This document shows, one piece after another, positions 56,532-64,000 of a stretch of 64,000 nucleotides of DNA (within the stretch, counting starts at the first letter, position 1; each line of letters starts with the position of its first letter). The stretch is from contig CAZTIB010000133.1 in NCBI GenBank assembly GCA_964613615.1, forward strand, positions 4,046-68,045. Direction: 5' to 3'. Both the position numbers and the translations under genes were made by a program. This DNA comes from an uncultured Chromatiaceae bacterium (GTDB lineage Bacteria; Pseudomonadota; Gammaproteobacteria; Steroidobacterales; GCA-2729495). The notes beneath the pieces were generated by a model that did not search any database, was not told the DNA's origin, and saw only the letters and a list, made by a program, of their open reading frames with translations.

Positions 56532-58031
56532 ATGCGCTGTGACGTGGTTCACAAACGCGCTGGCGGCCGCGCCAGCACTGGCTGTGCAGAGCGGGTATCG
56601 GAAAAGGCTCGCCCGAGGCGCCTGCAGGTAGTCGTGCTTTCGAGCCTGTTGTTTTTGCAAGTCATGCCGCTCGATGCGGCGACGCTGCAGGAAGCCGAAG
56701 CCCGTCAGACGGAGGCCGAAGCCTCGCAGGCCGCGCTGTTGTCGCCCACCAGTTACTTGCGCGGAACTGAGGCCCTGCAACAGGCGCGCGAGACCGCCGG
56801 TGGCACAAGTCGCCAACAGTCCATCGATGCAGCGCTCAGCGCTTTCGATGCAGCACTCAATACTGCGGCGACCGCCCGCGAAGTGCTCGGCGGAGCCCTG
56901 GCAAGCCGCGGCGCGGCCAACGAGGCCGAGGCCTTCCGACTCGCAGCCACTGGCTGGGCGCGTGCTGAAAAATCTTTCAACGACGCCGTCAGGGCCCTGG
57001 AACGCGGCAAAGTGCCTGCGGCACAGCAGCGGGGCGGCCGCGCCATGGAGCTGTACCAGGTGGCAGAGCTGAGCGCCCTGAAGGCTCGATACCTCGGCGC
57101 CGCACGCAACGCGATACTGGATGCCGAACGGGTGAAGGCCGACCGCCTCGCACCACGCAGTTTCCTGCGGGCCCAGGAGTTGCTGGCGAAAGCGGAAACC
57201 GCGCTGGACAACAATCGCGATAGGACGGCAGAACCAGCCGCGCTGGCCAACGACGCTGCCTATCAAGCTCGCCTTGCCATCTACATCGCTGGACAGGCAC
57301 AACGTATTCGCGCCAAAGATGCGAGCGTCGAAGACCTGATCCTCGAAAACCAGGCGGTCATCGGACGACTGGCCGAGACCGCGGGCACGAGTGACGACTT
57401 CAGCGCAGGTTATGCCACCGCAGAGACACAACTGCGCGACCAACTGGAACGTCTGCCGGTACTCGAGTCCGAACTCGAACAGAGCCGGCGCCAGGTAGCA
57501 GGCCTGGAAGATGAGATTCGCGAACTCGACCAGCGACTCGGCAGCACCAGTGCCGAACGGCGCGACCTGATGCGGCAGGTAGAAGCCAACGCCCGCGTCC
57601 GCGAACAATTCGCCGTGGTCGAAACCCTGTTTACCCCCGAAGAGGCCGTAGTCCTGCGCAATGGCGACGACCTGATACTGCGCATGGTCGGCCTGCGCTT
57701 CCCGAGCGGCTCTGCCCGCCTGGACGACCAGGCCAGGGCCCTGCTCAGCAGACTCGAGAGCGCCATCGACATATTCCCGCGCTGCCAGGTGCGGGTGGAA
57801 GGCCACACCGATTCATCCGGCCGACCTCAACACAACCAGACGCTGTCGCAGAAACGCGCCAAGGCAGTAGCCGACTACCTGGTCGAGACCACCGGCATCC
57901 AGGAATTCCGCGTCCAGGCCGCCGGCTACGGCGACAGCCGCCCCGTCACCAGCAACCGCACCAGGGAAGGCCGCGCCCAAAACCGCCGCATCGACGTAGT
58001 CATCGTCCCAAAACTAAACGAAGGCGCTTAG
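56532..58031 (+). CDS. OmpA-family protein with long coiled-coil N-terminal region
   Basis: C-terminal OmpA_C block VRVEGHTDSSGRPQHNQTLSQKRAKAVADYL..GYGDSRPV..NRRIDVVI. Start uncertain. Confidence 0.8.
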   Translation: MRCDVVHKRAGGRASTGCAERVSEKARPRRLQVVVLSSLLFLQVMPLDAATLQEAEARQTEAEASQAALLSPTSYLRGTEALQQARETAGGTSRQQSIDAALSAFDAALNTAATAREVLGGALASRGAANEAEAFRLAATGWARAEKSFNDAVRALERGKVPAAQQRGGRAMELYQVAELSALKARYLGAARNAILDAERVKADRLAPRSFLRAQELLAKAETALDNNRDRTAEPAALANDAAYQARLAIYIAGQAQRIRAKDASVEDLILENQAVIGRLAETAGTSDDFSAGYATAETQLRDQLERLPVLESELEQSRRQVAGLEDEIRELDQRLGSTSAERRDLMRQVEANARVREQFAVVETLFTPEEAVVLRNGDDLILRMVGLRFPSGSARLDDQARALLSRLESAIDIFPRCQVRVEGHTDSSGRPQHNQTLSQKRAKAVADYLVETTGIQEFRVQAAGYGDSRPVTSNRTREGRAQNRRIDVVIVPKLNEGA

Positions 58032-58103
58032 ACCGGGATTTTCCAAGCCCCTTCCCAAGAGGCCCGCCGTTCGTATTCTTCGACAGCAGCGACGATAAAC
58101 GCC

Positions 58104-58187
58104 GGCGTGTGGTCGCCGGGGACATTCCCCCGCGCTCAGGTTCAGAAAGAGATTCGCTTGGGGAAATGTCCCCGGCGACCACACGCC
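58104..58187. repeat. Long hairpin element (27-bp stem) of the GGGGACATT family
   Basis: GGCGTGTGGTCGCCGGGGACATTCCCC, loop CGCGCTCAGGTTCAGAAAGAGATTCGCTT, then GGGGAAATGTCCCCGGCGACCACACGCC. Followed by CTTTTCT, so it may also terminate the OmpA-family gene. Confidence 0.7.
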
Positions 58188-58231
58188 CTTTTCTGAAAGG
58201 TTCTCCAGAACAACTACGCTGGTGCCAACCC

Positions 58232-58313
58232 GCGCAGCGCCGCCGGAGCGACTCCCCCGCGCGAATCTCTTTCCGCACCTGAGCGCGGGGGAGTCGCTCC
58301 GGCGGCGCTGCGC
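58232..58313. repeat. Perfect 31-bp-stem hairpin, an inverted paralogue of the 58104 element
   Basis: GCGCAGCGCCGCCGGAGCGACTCCCCCGCGC, loop GAATCTCTTTCCGCACCTGA, then GCGCGGGGGAGTCGCTCCGGCGGCGCTGCGC. The loop is the reverse complement of the 58104 loop, with 2-3 differences. Confidence 0.75.
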
Positions 58314-58344
58314 GCGAAACACCCCCTACGCCAGAAAACGAGTC

Positions 58345-59250
58345 TCACTCTCCCCGCCACCAACGCGCAATCCCCGCCGCCACCTGCGGATTAATCATGT
58401 ACCCGTAACACTTGTGAACATTCAGCCCGTGTGGCCCCCGAAAATAATTCTGCAGGTCCACCTCGTCGACAATCTCCTCCACCAACCCCAACTCCAGCAT
58501 CTGCCGATAGTCATTAGCCATACGTTGTTGCAACGGGATCAGGTCGCCCACCGCGGCCAGGTTGTGCCAACGGCGGATGTTGTCGGGATAGCACTCAGCG
58601 CCGGAAGCATGACGCCCCAGCAAGCGATGACGCATGAAATTCAGCCCCAGCGGGCTCGCCAGGCTCATAAAAGTATCTACGCGCAGCGGGCTGTGCTGCT
58701 GCCGACTCAGTTCCCACAGCACGTCGAAGGCAATCACCGACCCCATGCTGTGCGCAATGACGAGAACTCGCCGGCCCTCACCCCACGCGTCACGCAAGGC
58801 GCCCCGCACGAATTCCCGCACGCGCGATGCGATCCCCCCTTCGTTGCGCAGGTAAATGAGACTGTCGTGCATGGCTTCCTTGATGCCCGGATTCAGAATC
58901 CAGTCGATCAGGAACGGAAATGCGTCGGTGAGCAGATAACCGAAGCGCTGCACCGATTTGTGCCAATGGCGGGCCTCTTCCAGGTCCCGCGCTTCCGGGC
59001 CGGGCAGGCTCAACAGACGTTCCAGGCCGGGCTCATCGGGCCGCGGATCGCTCGGCGCCGGGTAAAACAGGTGCGGCCACGGCGCTATCTGGAGGCAGTC
59101 CGGATCGGCAGCCAGCTCAGCTGCTACATTCGGACTTGCCCGCCGGAGACCTTCGTGCAGGCAGCGCCACAGGTTTTCCCGATGCACGGAGGCCGGCGGC
59201 TTCGGCTTGATGCCGGGTATATAGAGAATGGTTCTTTCGCCGCCGTTCAC
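58345..59250 (-). CDS. Alpha/beta hydrolase (lipase/esterase-like)
   Basis: Nucleophile elbow VIAHSMGS with downstream Asp/His candidates. No closer family recognised. Confidence 0.65.
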   Translation of the reverse strand: MNGGERTILYIPGIKPKPPASVHRENLWRCLHEGLRRASPNVAAELAADPDCLQIAPWPHLFYPAPSDPRPDEPGLERLLSLPGPEARDLEEARHWHKSVQRFGYLLTDAFPFLIDWILNPGIKEAMHDSLIYLRNEGGIASRVREFVRGALRDAWGEGRRVLVIAHSMGSVIAFDVLWELSRQQHSPLRVDTFMSLASPLGLNFMRHRLLGRHASGAECYPDNIRRWHNLAAVGDLIPLQQRMANDYRQMLELGLVEEIVDEVDLQNYFRGPHGLNVHKCYGYMINPQVAAGIARWWRGE

Positions 59251-59368
59251 GGGCCGACCCCGGGGTAAAGCATTAACGCGACTTGAGGTGCCATGAACAG
59301 CACGTTAGGTTTAGTGACTACGTAATTCAAGAAGGGCGCGCGAGAGCGCCCCAGGCAGAGGTCAGCCA

Positions 59369-59788
59369 ATGAAATATCTGCATACGATGGTCCGGGTTAT
59401 AGACCTTGAGGCATCCATCGACTTCTACTGCAACAAACTCGGGCTGCGCGAACTGCGGCGTTGGGACGACGAAGGCGGCCGATACACCCTGATGTTTCTC
59501 GCCGCCCCCGGTGATGAATCTGCGTGCATAGAGCTGACCCACAACTGGGATCCGGAGGAGTATGGCGAAGGGCGAAACTTCGGGCATATCGCCTACCAGG
59601 TGGAAGACATCTACGCCACCTGCAAGCGGCTCATGGACCATGGCGTCACGATCAACCGCCCGCCGCGCGATGGACGGATGGCCTTCGTTCGTTCACCGGA
59701 CAATATTTCTGTTGAACTACTGCAGGCTGGTTCAGCGCTGGATCCGGCCGAGCCATGGGCATCGATGCCGAATACCGGGCATTGGTAA
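59369..59788 (+). CDS. gloA: Lactoylglutathione lyase (glyoxalase I)
   Basis: MKYLHTMVRVIDLEASIDFY..., ELTHNW, GHIAY and PDNISVELLQ. Confidence 0.92.
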   Translation: MKYLHTMVRVIDLEASIDFYCNKLGLRELRRWDDEGGRYTLMFLAAPGDESACIELTHNWDPEEYGEGRNFGHIAYQVEDIYATCKRLMDHGVTINRPPRDGRMAFVRSPDNISVELLQAGSALDPAEPWASMPNTGHW

Positions 59789-59795
59789 GTATTGA

Positions 59796-61001
59796 TCAGG
59801 CGCTGAGCCGGTTCTGAACGCGGAAGCGCCCGGTCTGCACCGTAGCGTTAGGGGAATCACGCACAACCGTGCGGTTGCGACCTTCTTCCTTCGCCTGGTA
59901 CAGGGCCTCGTCAGCCATCTGAATGGCGCCTTCCAGGCTGCGGTCCGTGTCTGGCATCACATTCGCGACGCCGATGCTGACAGTGAGATAAGGCCCGGTT
60001 GCAGAGCGCTGGTGCGGTATCTTCAGCGCCATGGCCGACTCCCGCAAAGTTTCCGGCAACGTACGGCCGTATTCCGTGTCGGGACCGTAGAGCACCAGGG
60101 CGAATTCCTCGCCGCCGAAACGGGCTACGAAGTCCAGCGGCCGGTTCGCGGCCTGGCTGATCACCGCGGCCACGCGCTTCAGGGCATCATCACCAGCCTG
60201 GTGACCGTATAGATCGTTATAGGCCTTGAAGTTATCGATGTCGATCAGCATCAGGGTGAGCTGGTTGTGCTCGCGCCGGGACTGGCGCCAGAGGCGATGC
60301 AGGTGCTGGTCGTAGCTGCGCCGGTTATACAGGCCCGTCAGGCCGTCGCGCTCGGCGAGTTCGCTGAGCACCTTGGATTCGAGAAATGACAGTCGCAACG
60401 CGTGCTCGAGCTGATAGCAACACACGGCACCGATCAGGTTGACGAAGCCGAGCGCGGTGGTGGCGAAAAACCGCTCCGTGGGATCGATGTTCCAGTGGAA
60501 CAAACCCCAGGTATAGGTGGCCGAAATGAGCACGGCAGTGACCGCCGCGTGCCGGAACGGCAACCCACAGGTCACCCAGACGATGAAGATCCACGCGATC
60601 GTCGACGCGAAATAGAAAGACATGCCGTGCATCGATGCCCGCGTGACGATGGAATTGATCATCAACCCGAGCAGCAGAAGGGTACCCGCCAGCAGGTAGA
60701 AGTAGAGCTGGTGACGGCCCGGGAGCATGGATACGTACAGCGTGGCGAGCAGCGTCGGCACGACCACCAACACCTCGAAGGCGATCATGAAACCAACCGC
60801 TTCAGGTTGCGCGAGCCGGGCGCCTATCAGCACGAGCACGGTGGCCAGCGCGAGGGCCACCAGCAATCGAGCGCGACCCGCCGTTTCACGCGCATAAGTG
60901 TGGAGGAATTCTTCCTCGACGAACGGCGTGAATCTGAGCCAGTTAAAGCCCTGCTGGCGCTGTTCGCCGAAAGGCGAGTTGAACTGTGTGCCGCTGACCA
61001 T
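59796..61001 (-). CDS. Membrane-anchored diguanylate cyclase (GGDEF) with I-site
   Basis: About 6 N-terminal TM helices. GGEEF active site in RFGGEEFALVL, with RPLD (RxxD) five residues upstream. Confidence 0.88.
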   Translation of the reverse strand: MVSGTQFNSPFGEQRQQGFNWLRFTPFVEEEFLHTYARETAGRARLLVALALATVLVLIGARLAQPEAVGFMIAFEVLVVVPTLLATLYVSMLPGRHQLYFYLLAGTLLLLGLMINSIVTRASMHGMSFYFASTIAWIFIVWVTCGLPFRHAAVTAVLISATYTWGLFHWNIDPTERFFATTALGFVNLIGAVCCYQLEHALRLSFLESKVLSELAERDGLTGLYNRRSYDQHLHRLWRQSRREHNQLTLMLIDIDNFKAYNDLYGHQAGDDALKRVAAVISQAANRPLDFVARFGGEEFALVLYGPDTEYGRTLPETLRESAMALKIPHQRSATGPYLTVSIGVANVMPDTDRSLEGAIQMADEALYQAKEEGRNRTVVRDSPNATVQTGRFRVQNRLSA

Positions 61002-61158
61002 GCCTACCCGAATCCCCTGCGCAGCCGAAACCGCCCAACGCGGTGGCAGAGACTGTCGAACATAGGCTGGGCTGCCGCGATGCGGCTGCGTCAGCTTTCA
61101 CAGTTTTGACGAAATAACGAAGAATTGACCCTATATGGTCGAAAATGCTCAAACGGGG

Positions 61159-61662
61159 TCAGGCCGGACTCGCGGCCTCCCAGTCCAGCAATGCCGCTTT
61201 CCGCTGCGGGCCCCAGCGGTAGCCGCCAGCCCCGCCGGCCGCCGGCAATATCCGATGGCATGGCACCACCACGGCAATGGGGTTACTGGCTACCGCCCGG
61301 CCAACGGCGCGCGCGGCGCCCGGGCGACCGATTGCCGTCGCCAGCTCCCCGTAGGAGCAGGTCGCACCGCGAGGAATCCTGCGCAGCGCCTGCCACACCT
61401 GCTGCTGAAACGGCGTGCCGCCCGCATCAACGGGCAGCTCTGCCGCGTGGCTGGCACCAAAGACCTGCGCGGCCAGCTTCGCCATCGGCATGCGATGCAG
61501 CTCAGCATCAGGCTGCGCGGCCCGCAGACGGGCTACCGCAGCCTCCCGATCATTGTCCGTAAACTCGATACGGCACAGGCCGCGGGGAGTCCGTGCGAAC
61601 AGACACTCACCAAAGCGCGTGGCGCAAAAGTCATACTCGACGATCGTGGTTTTCGCGAACAT
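61159..61662 (-). CDS. ogt: Methylated-DNA-protein-cysteine methyltransferase
   Basis: VVPCHRIL active site with upstream TPFQQQVW and SYGELA blocks. Confidence 0.9.
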   Translation of the reverse strand: MFAKTTIVEYDFCATRFGECLFARTPRGLCRIEFTDNDREAAVARLRAAQPDAELHRMPMAKLAAQVFGASHAAELPVDAGGTPFQQQVWQALRRIPRGATCSYGELATAIGRPGAARAVGRAVASNPIAVVVPCHRILPAAGGAGGYRWGPQRKAALLDWEAASPA

Positions 61663-61793
61663 GCTGCTCTCCAGCCCACCGTGAATGTAGCAGCGATCAT
61701 CCGCCTGCCAAGCGTCGCCTGCAAGTCATTACGCAGCGCGCGTTGGCTGCGCTATTCTCGCGCCCTTCTGGTGCCTTTCCGAATGCGCAACTC

Positions 61794-62384
61794 ATGAACG
61801 ACGGTTCCTCGCCCGCCTGGCTGCACGTGCCTGCCGAAGTGCTGTCCGTGCTCGTCGCCGTTGGCCTCGCTGTGCTGGTGGGGCGGGCAGAACTGCCGGC
61901 GCCGCCGGCGCGCAGCGACACCGCGCTGCAGCCGCCGGCTTTCGAGCCCTGCGGCACCGGCGGTTACCTGCGGGGGCAACTGCACGGCGACATGCAACAG
62001 GCCATCGACTGGGCCGACGACGGCATGCGCTGCGACGGCATGCTGCGCCCGGACGACTCGGGACTGCGACTGATTTTCGCGCCGGCTGAAGGCGCGGACG
62101 GACCGTTGCTGGTGATCGGCCTGGACGGTCAGCCGGACGGTGCCGCAGGCCGCGAGCTGGTGGCTAACGTCACGATCGTGGACGAGGGTAACGGCCGCTT
62201 TTTCAATTCGGGTCCCGGCGAACGTTGCTGGGCCCAGGCATCGCAGCTGGAACCCGAGACGGGGGGGTACAGGGTGGCCGGCCGCCTGTACTGCGCGGGG
62301 GCCCTGGCCGAGGTCAACGGCCCCGGCAGCGTCACACCCGGCGAATTCGAGTTCGCCGGGCGCATTCCGGCGCACGACGAATGA
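61794..62384 (+). CDS. Hypothetical membrane-anchored protein
   Basis: ATG at 61794 with an N-terminal TM (VLSVLVAVGLAVLV). Stop overlaps the next gene's start (ATGA). Confidence 0.5.
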   Translation: MNDGSSPAWLHVPAEVLSVLVAVGLAVLVGRAELPAPPARSDTALQPPAFEPCGTGGYLRGQLHGDMQQAIDWADDGMRCDGMLRPDDSGLRLIFAPAEGADGPLLVIGLDGQPDGAAGRELVANVTIVDEGNGRFFNSGPGERCWAQASQLEPETGGYRVAGRLYCAGALAEVNGPGSVTPGEFEFAGRIPAHDE

Positions 62385-62851
62385 CGCGGGCCTGGGGGTG
62401 GCCCTGGCTGCTGGCCGCTGTCTTGCTACCGGCAAGCGTGGCCCTGGCGCTGCAGCCGGCGGAGCGAGTCGCCGACTTTCCGGCCGGTACGGTGGTGCTC
62501 GAAACATCCAGCGACCGCTGCGTGCGCATCAACGTGCGCTTTGCCGACACGCCGAAGCGCCAGTCGCAGGGGCTGATGTTCATCGAACAGATGGACGAGT
62601 TCGAGGGCATGTATTTTCGCTACTCACCTCCGGGCGAGATCAACATGTGGATGAAAAACACCTACATCTCGCTGGACATGGTCTTCATTCGCGCCGACCA
62701 GCGCATTGCGCGAATTGCGTTCAACACGCAACCGTTCTCGGAGACAAGAATCAGCAGCGGTGGGCCGGTAACCGGCGTGCTCGAACTGAACGGCGGTTTC
62801 GCCAGCCGGTGGCGGTTGCGGGCCGGCAACCGCTTGTTGCTCGTCGACTGA
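62381..62851 (+). CDS. DUF192 domain protein (secreted)
   Basis: Signal peptide plus GLMF...MWMKNTYISLDMVF and LELNGG blocks. Confidence 0.8.
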   Translation: MTRAWGWPWLLAAVLLPASVALALQPAERVADFPAGTVVLETSSDRCVRINVRFADTPKRQSQGLMFIEQMDEFEGMYFRYSPPGEINMWMKNTYISLDMVFIRADQRIARIAFNTQPFSETRISSGGPVTGVLELNGGFASRWRLRAGNRLLLVD

Positions 62852-62863
62852 CCCGCATCGGGC

Positions 62864-63217
62864 TCAGCCGCTCGCCGCGGCCACCTGGCAGGCGACTTCG
62901 TAGCGCAGGTCGTAGCGCCCCGCGTTCATCTCCTCGAAACGGAACGGACGACGATTGACGATCTCGAAGCCGTTCGGGCACAGGCTCTTCAAGTCCAGCC
63001 AGGTCTGCAGCCACTCCATGCGCTTTTCTTCGGCCACCGGGTTGGCGTCCGGGTTGGTGGGCGACAGCTTGACGTCGAAGTACACCACGTCATCCCGGTC
63101 GTACGGCACCGTCAAGCGGCTCTCGTTGTGCCGCTCGAAATCCGCCGACTTGTGGATGTCTGCGCAACCGGCAACTGCCAGTGCCAGCACTGCAAAAAGG
63201 CTTCGCCCTGCAATCAT
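62864..63217 (-). CDS. Hypothetical lipoprotein
   Basis: AGGGAGG RBS, ATG at 63217 and lipobox AVAGC. The longer 271-aa ORF is an antisense/overlap artefact. Confidence 0.55.
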   Translation of the reverse strand: MIAGRSLFAVLALAVAGCADIHKSADFERHNESRLTVPYDRDDVVYFDVKLSPTNPDANPVAEEKRMEWLQTWLDLKSLCPNGFEIVNRRPFRFEEMNAGRYDLRYEVACQVAAASG

Positions 63218-63228
63218 GATCGACCTCC

Positions 63229-64000
63229 CTACCCGACTGATTCGCGCGCCCGACGGTCGCGCCGCCCGAAGCGGCCGGCCCACCACCACGCGGCAAGCGT
63301 ACCTGCGAATACCGCCAGAAGCATTAATGTGGCCAGCGCATTGATCTTCGGACTGACGCCCAGGCGCACGCTGGAAAACACTACGATCGGGAGCGTCGAT
63401 GCGCCGGGCCCGGTGACAAAGCTGGTGATGACCAGGTCGTCCAGCGACAGCGTGAAGGCCAGCAGCCAGGCCGAGACGAGGGCGGGGGCGATGGCCGGCA
63501 GCGTAATGGCGAAGAACACCCGCGCCGGGGTTGCACCCAGGTCCATCGCGGCTTCTTCGACGGCCGTGTCGAGTTCGCCAAGCCGCGCGGTAATGACCAC
63601 CGTGGCGTAGGCCGTGCAGAAGGTCACGTGCGCAATCCAGATGGTCAGCGTGCCGCGCTGCGCGGGCCAGCCGAACCACTGGCCCAGGGCCACGAACAGC
63701 AGCAACAGCGACAACCCGGTGATGACTTCGGGCATCACCAGCGGCGCAGCAATCATCGCGCCGAACGCCCCGCGGCCGCGGAACGCGCCGAAACGCGCAA
63801 GGGTCAGCCCGGCGAGGGTCCCCAGCGCGGTGGCGGCCGTGGCGGCCAGCACCGCGATCTTCAGGCTCAGCCAGATCGCCGCGATAATCTGCCGGTCACG
63901 CAGCAACTCTCCGTACCACTTGGTGGAGAAGCCGGCCCAGACCGTCACCAGTCGCGACTCGTTGAACGAGTAGATCACCAGCACCAGCATCGGCAGATAC
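63229..64000 (-). CDS. ABC transporter permease (PotC/PotI-like polyamine type); N-terminus lies beyond the right edge of the window
   Basis: EAA-loop block EEAAMDLGATPARVFFAITLP and six TM helices. Typical PotC proteins have an additional N-terminal TM before the first Met seen here. Confidence 0.85.
   Translation of the reverse strand, partial: YLPMLVLVIYSFNESRLVTVWAGFSTKWYGELLRDRQIIAAIWLSLKIAVLAATAATALGTLAGLTLARFGAFRGRGAFGAMIAAPLVMPEVITGLSLLLLFVALGQWFGWPAQRGTLTIWIAHVTFCTAYATVVITARLGELDTAVEEAAMDLGATPARVFFAITLPAIAPALVSAWLLAFTLSLDDLVITSFVTGPGASTLPIVVFSSVRLGVSPKINALATLMLLAVFAGTLAAWWWAGRFGRRDRRARESVG

Noticed and set aside
56421-57806. 461-aa ORF on the minus strand
   Set aside because: It is fully antisense to the OmpA-family gene, which has a clear OmpA_C motif. 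Its composition is Ala/Gly/Arg-rich and low-complexity, a typical high-GC shadow ORF.
62864-63679. 271-aa minus-strand ORF
   Set aside because: Its upstream 150 codons overlap the PotC-like permease frame region and are Arg/Gly-rich. Only the last 117 codons, with an RBS and a lipobox, look like a real gene.

Overview
High-GC (about 63-66%) chromosomal segment with gammaproteobacterial gene content; it resembles marine oligotrophic Halieaceae/OM60-type genomes, but that is inference only. The window is densely coding with about 65 supportable CDS, mostly housekeeping or envelope genes. Recognisable genes include: a c-di-GMP turnover pair (degenerate GGDEF-EAL and HD-GYP), msrA, msrPQ, glnK-amtB, dacB (PBP4), a PAS/sigma-54 activator, korAB 2-oxoacid:ferredoxin oxidoreductase with a GltD-like Fe-S flavoprotein, a nitrilase-superfamily protein, dihydroorotase, a fused M16 peptidase, a GldA/F/G-like ABC system with DUF4340, an acyl-CoA ligase, pcm, lipA, sohB, an L,D-transpeptidase, gloA, ogt and a GGDEF cyclase. 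I found no rRNA, tRNA, CRISPR array, transposase or integrase. Observations worth a second look: (1) an orphan contractile-tail sheath homologue that appears co-transcribed with a gamma-glutamylcyclotransferase-like gene, followed by two unknown proteins, with no tube, baseplate or spike genes nearby. (2) A nitrilase/amidase-like protein whose catalytic Lys and Cys positions appear replaced by Arg and Ser. (3) Two families of structured intergenic repeats: a GGGGACATT-armed hairpin family whose copies differ by compensatory stem changes, and a 219-bp element bounded by about 45-bp inverted repeats. (4) A near-consensus sigma-54 promoter divergent from the activator gene, driving small unknown exported proteins. 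(5) Two methyltransferases carrying export signals. (6) A small lower-GC patch holding what looks like the N-terminal remnant of a DUF4145-type protein and a 38-codon basic ORF. All family assignments come from motif recognition by eye; no searches were run.
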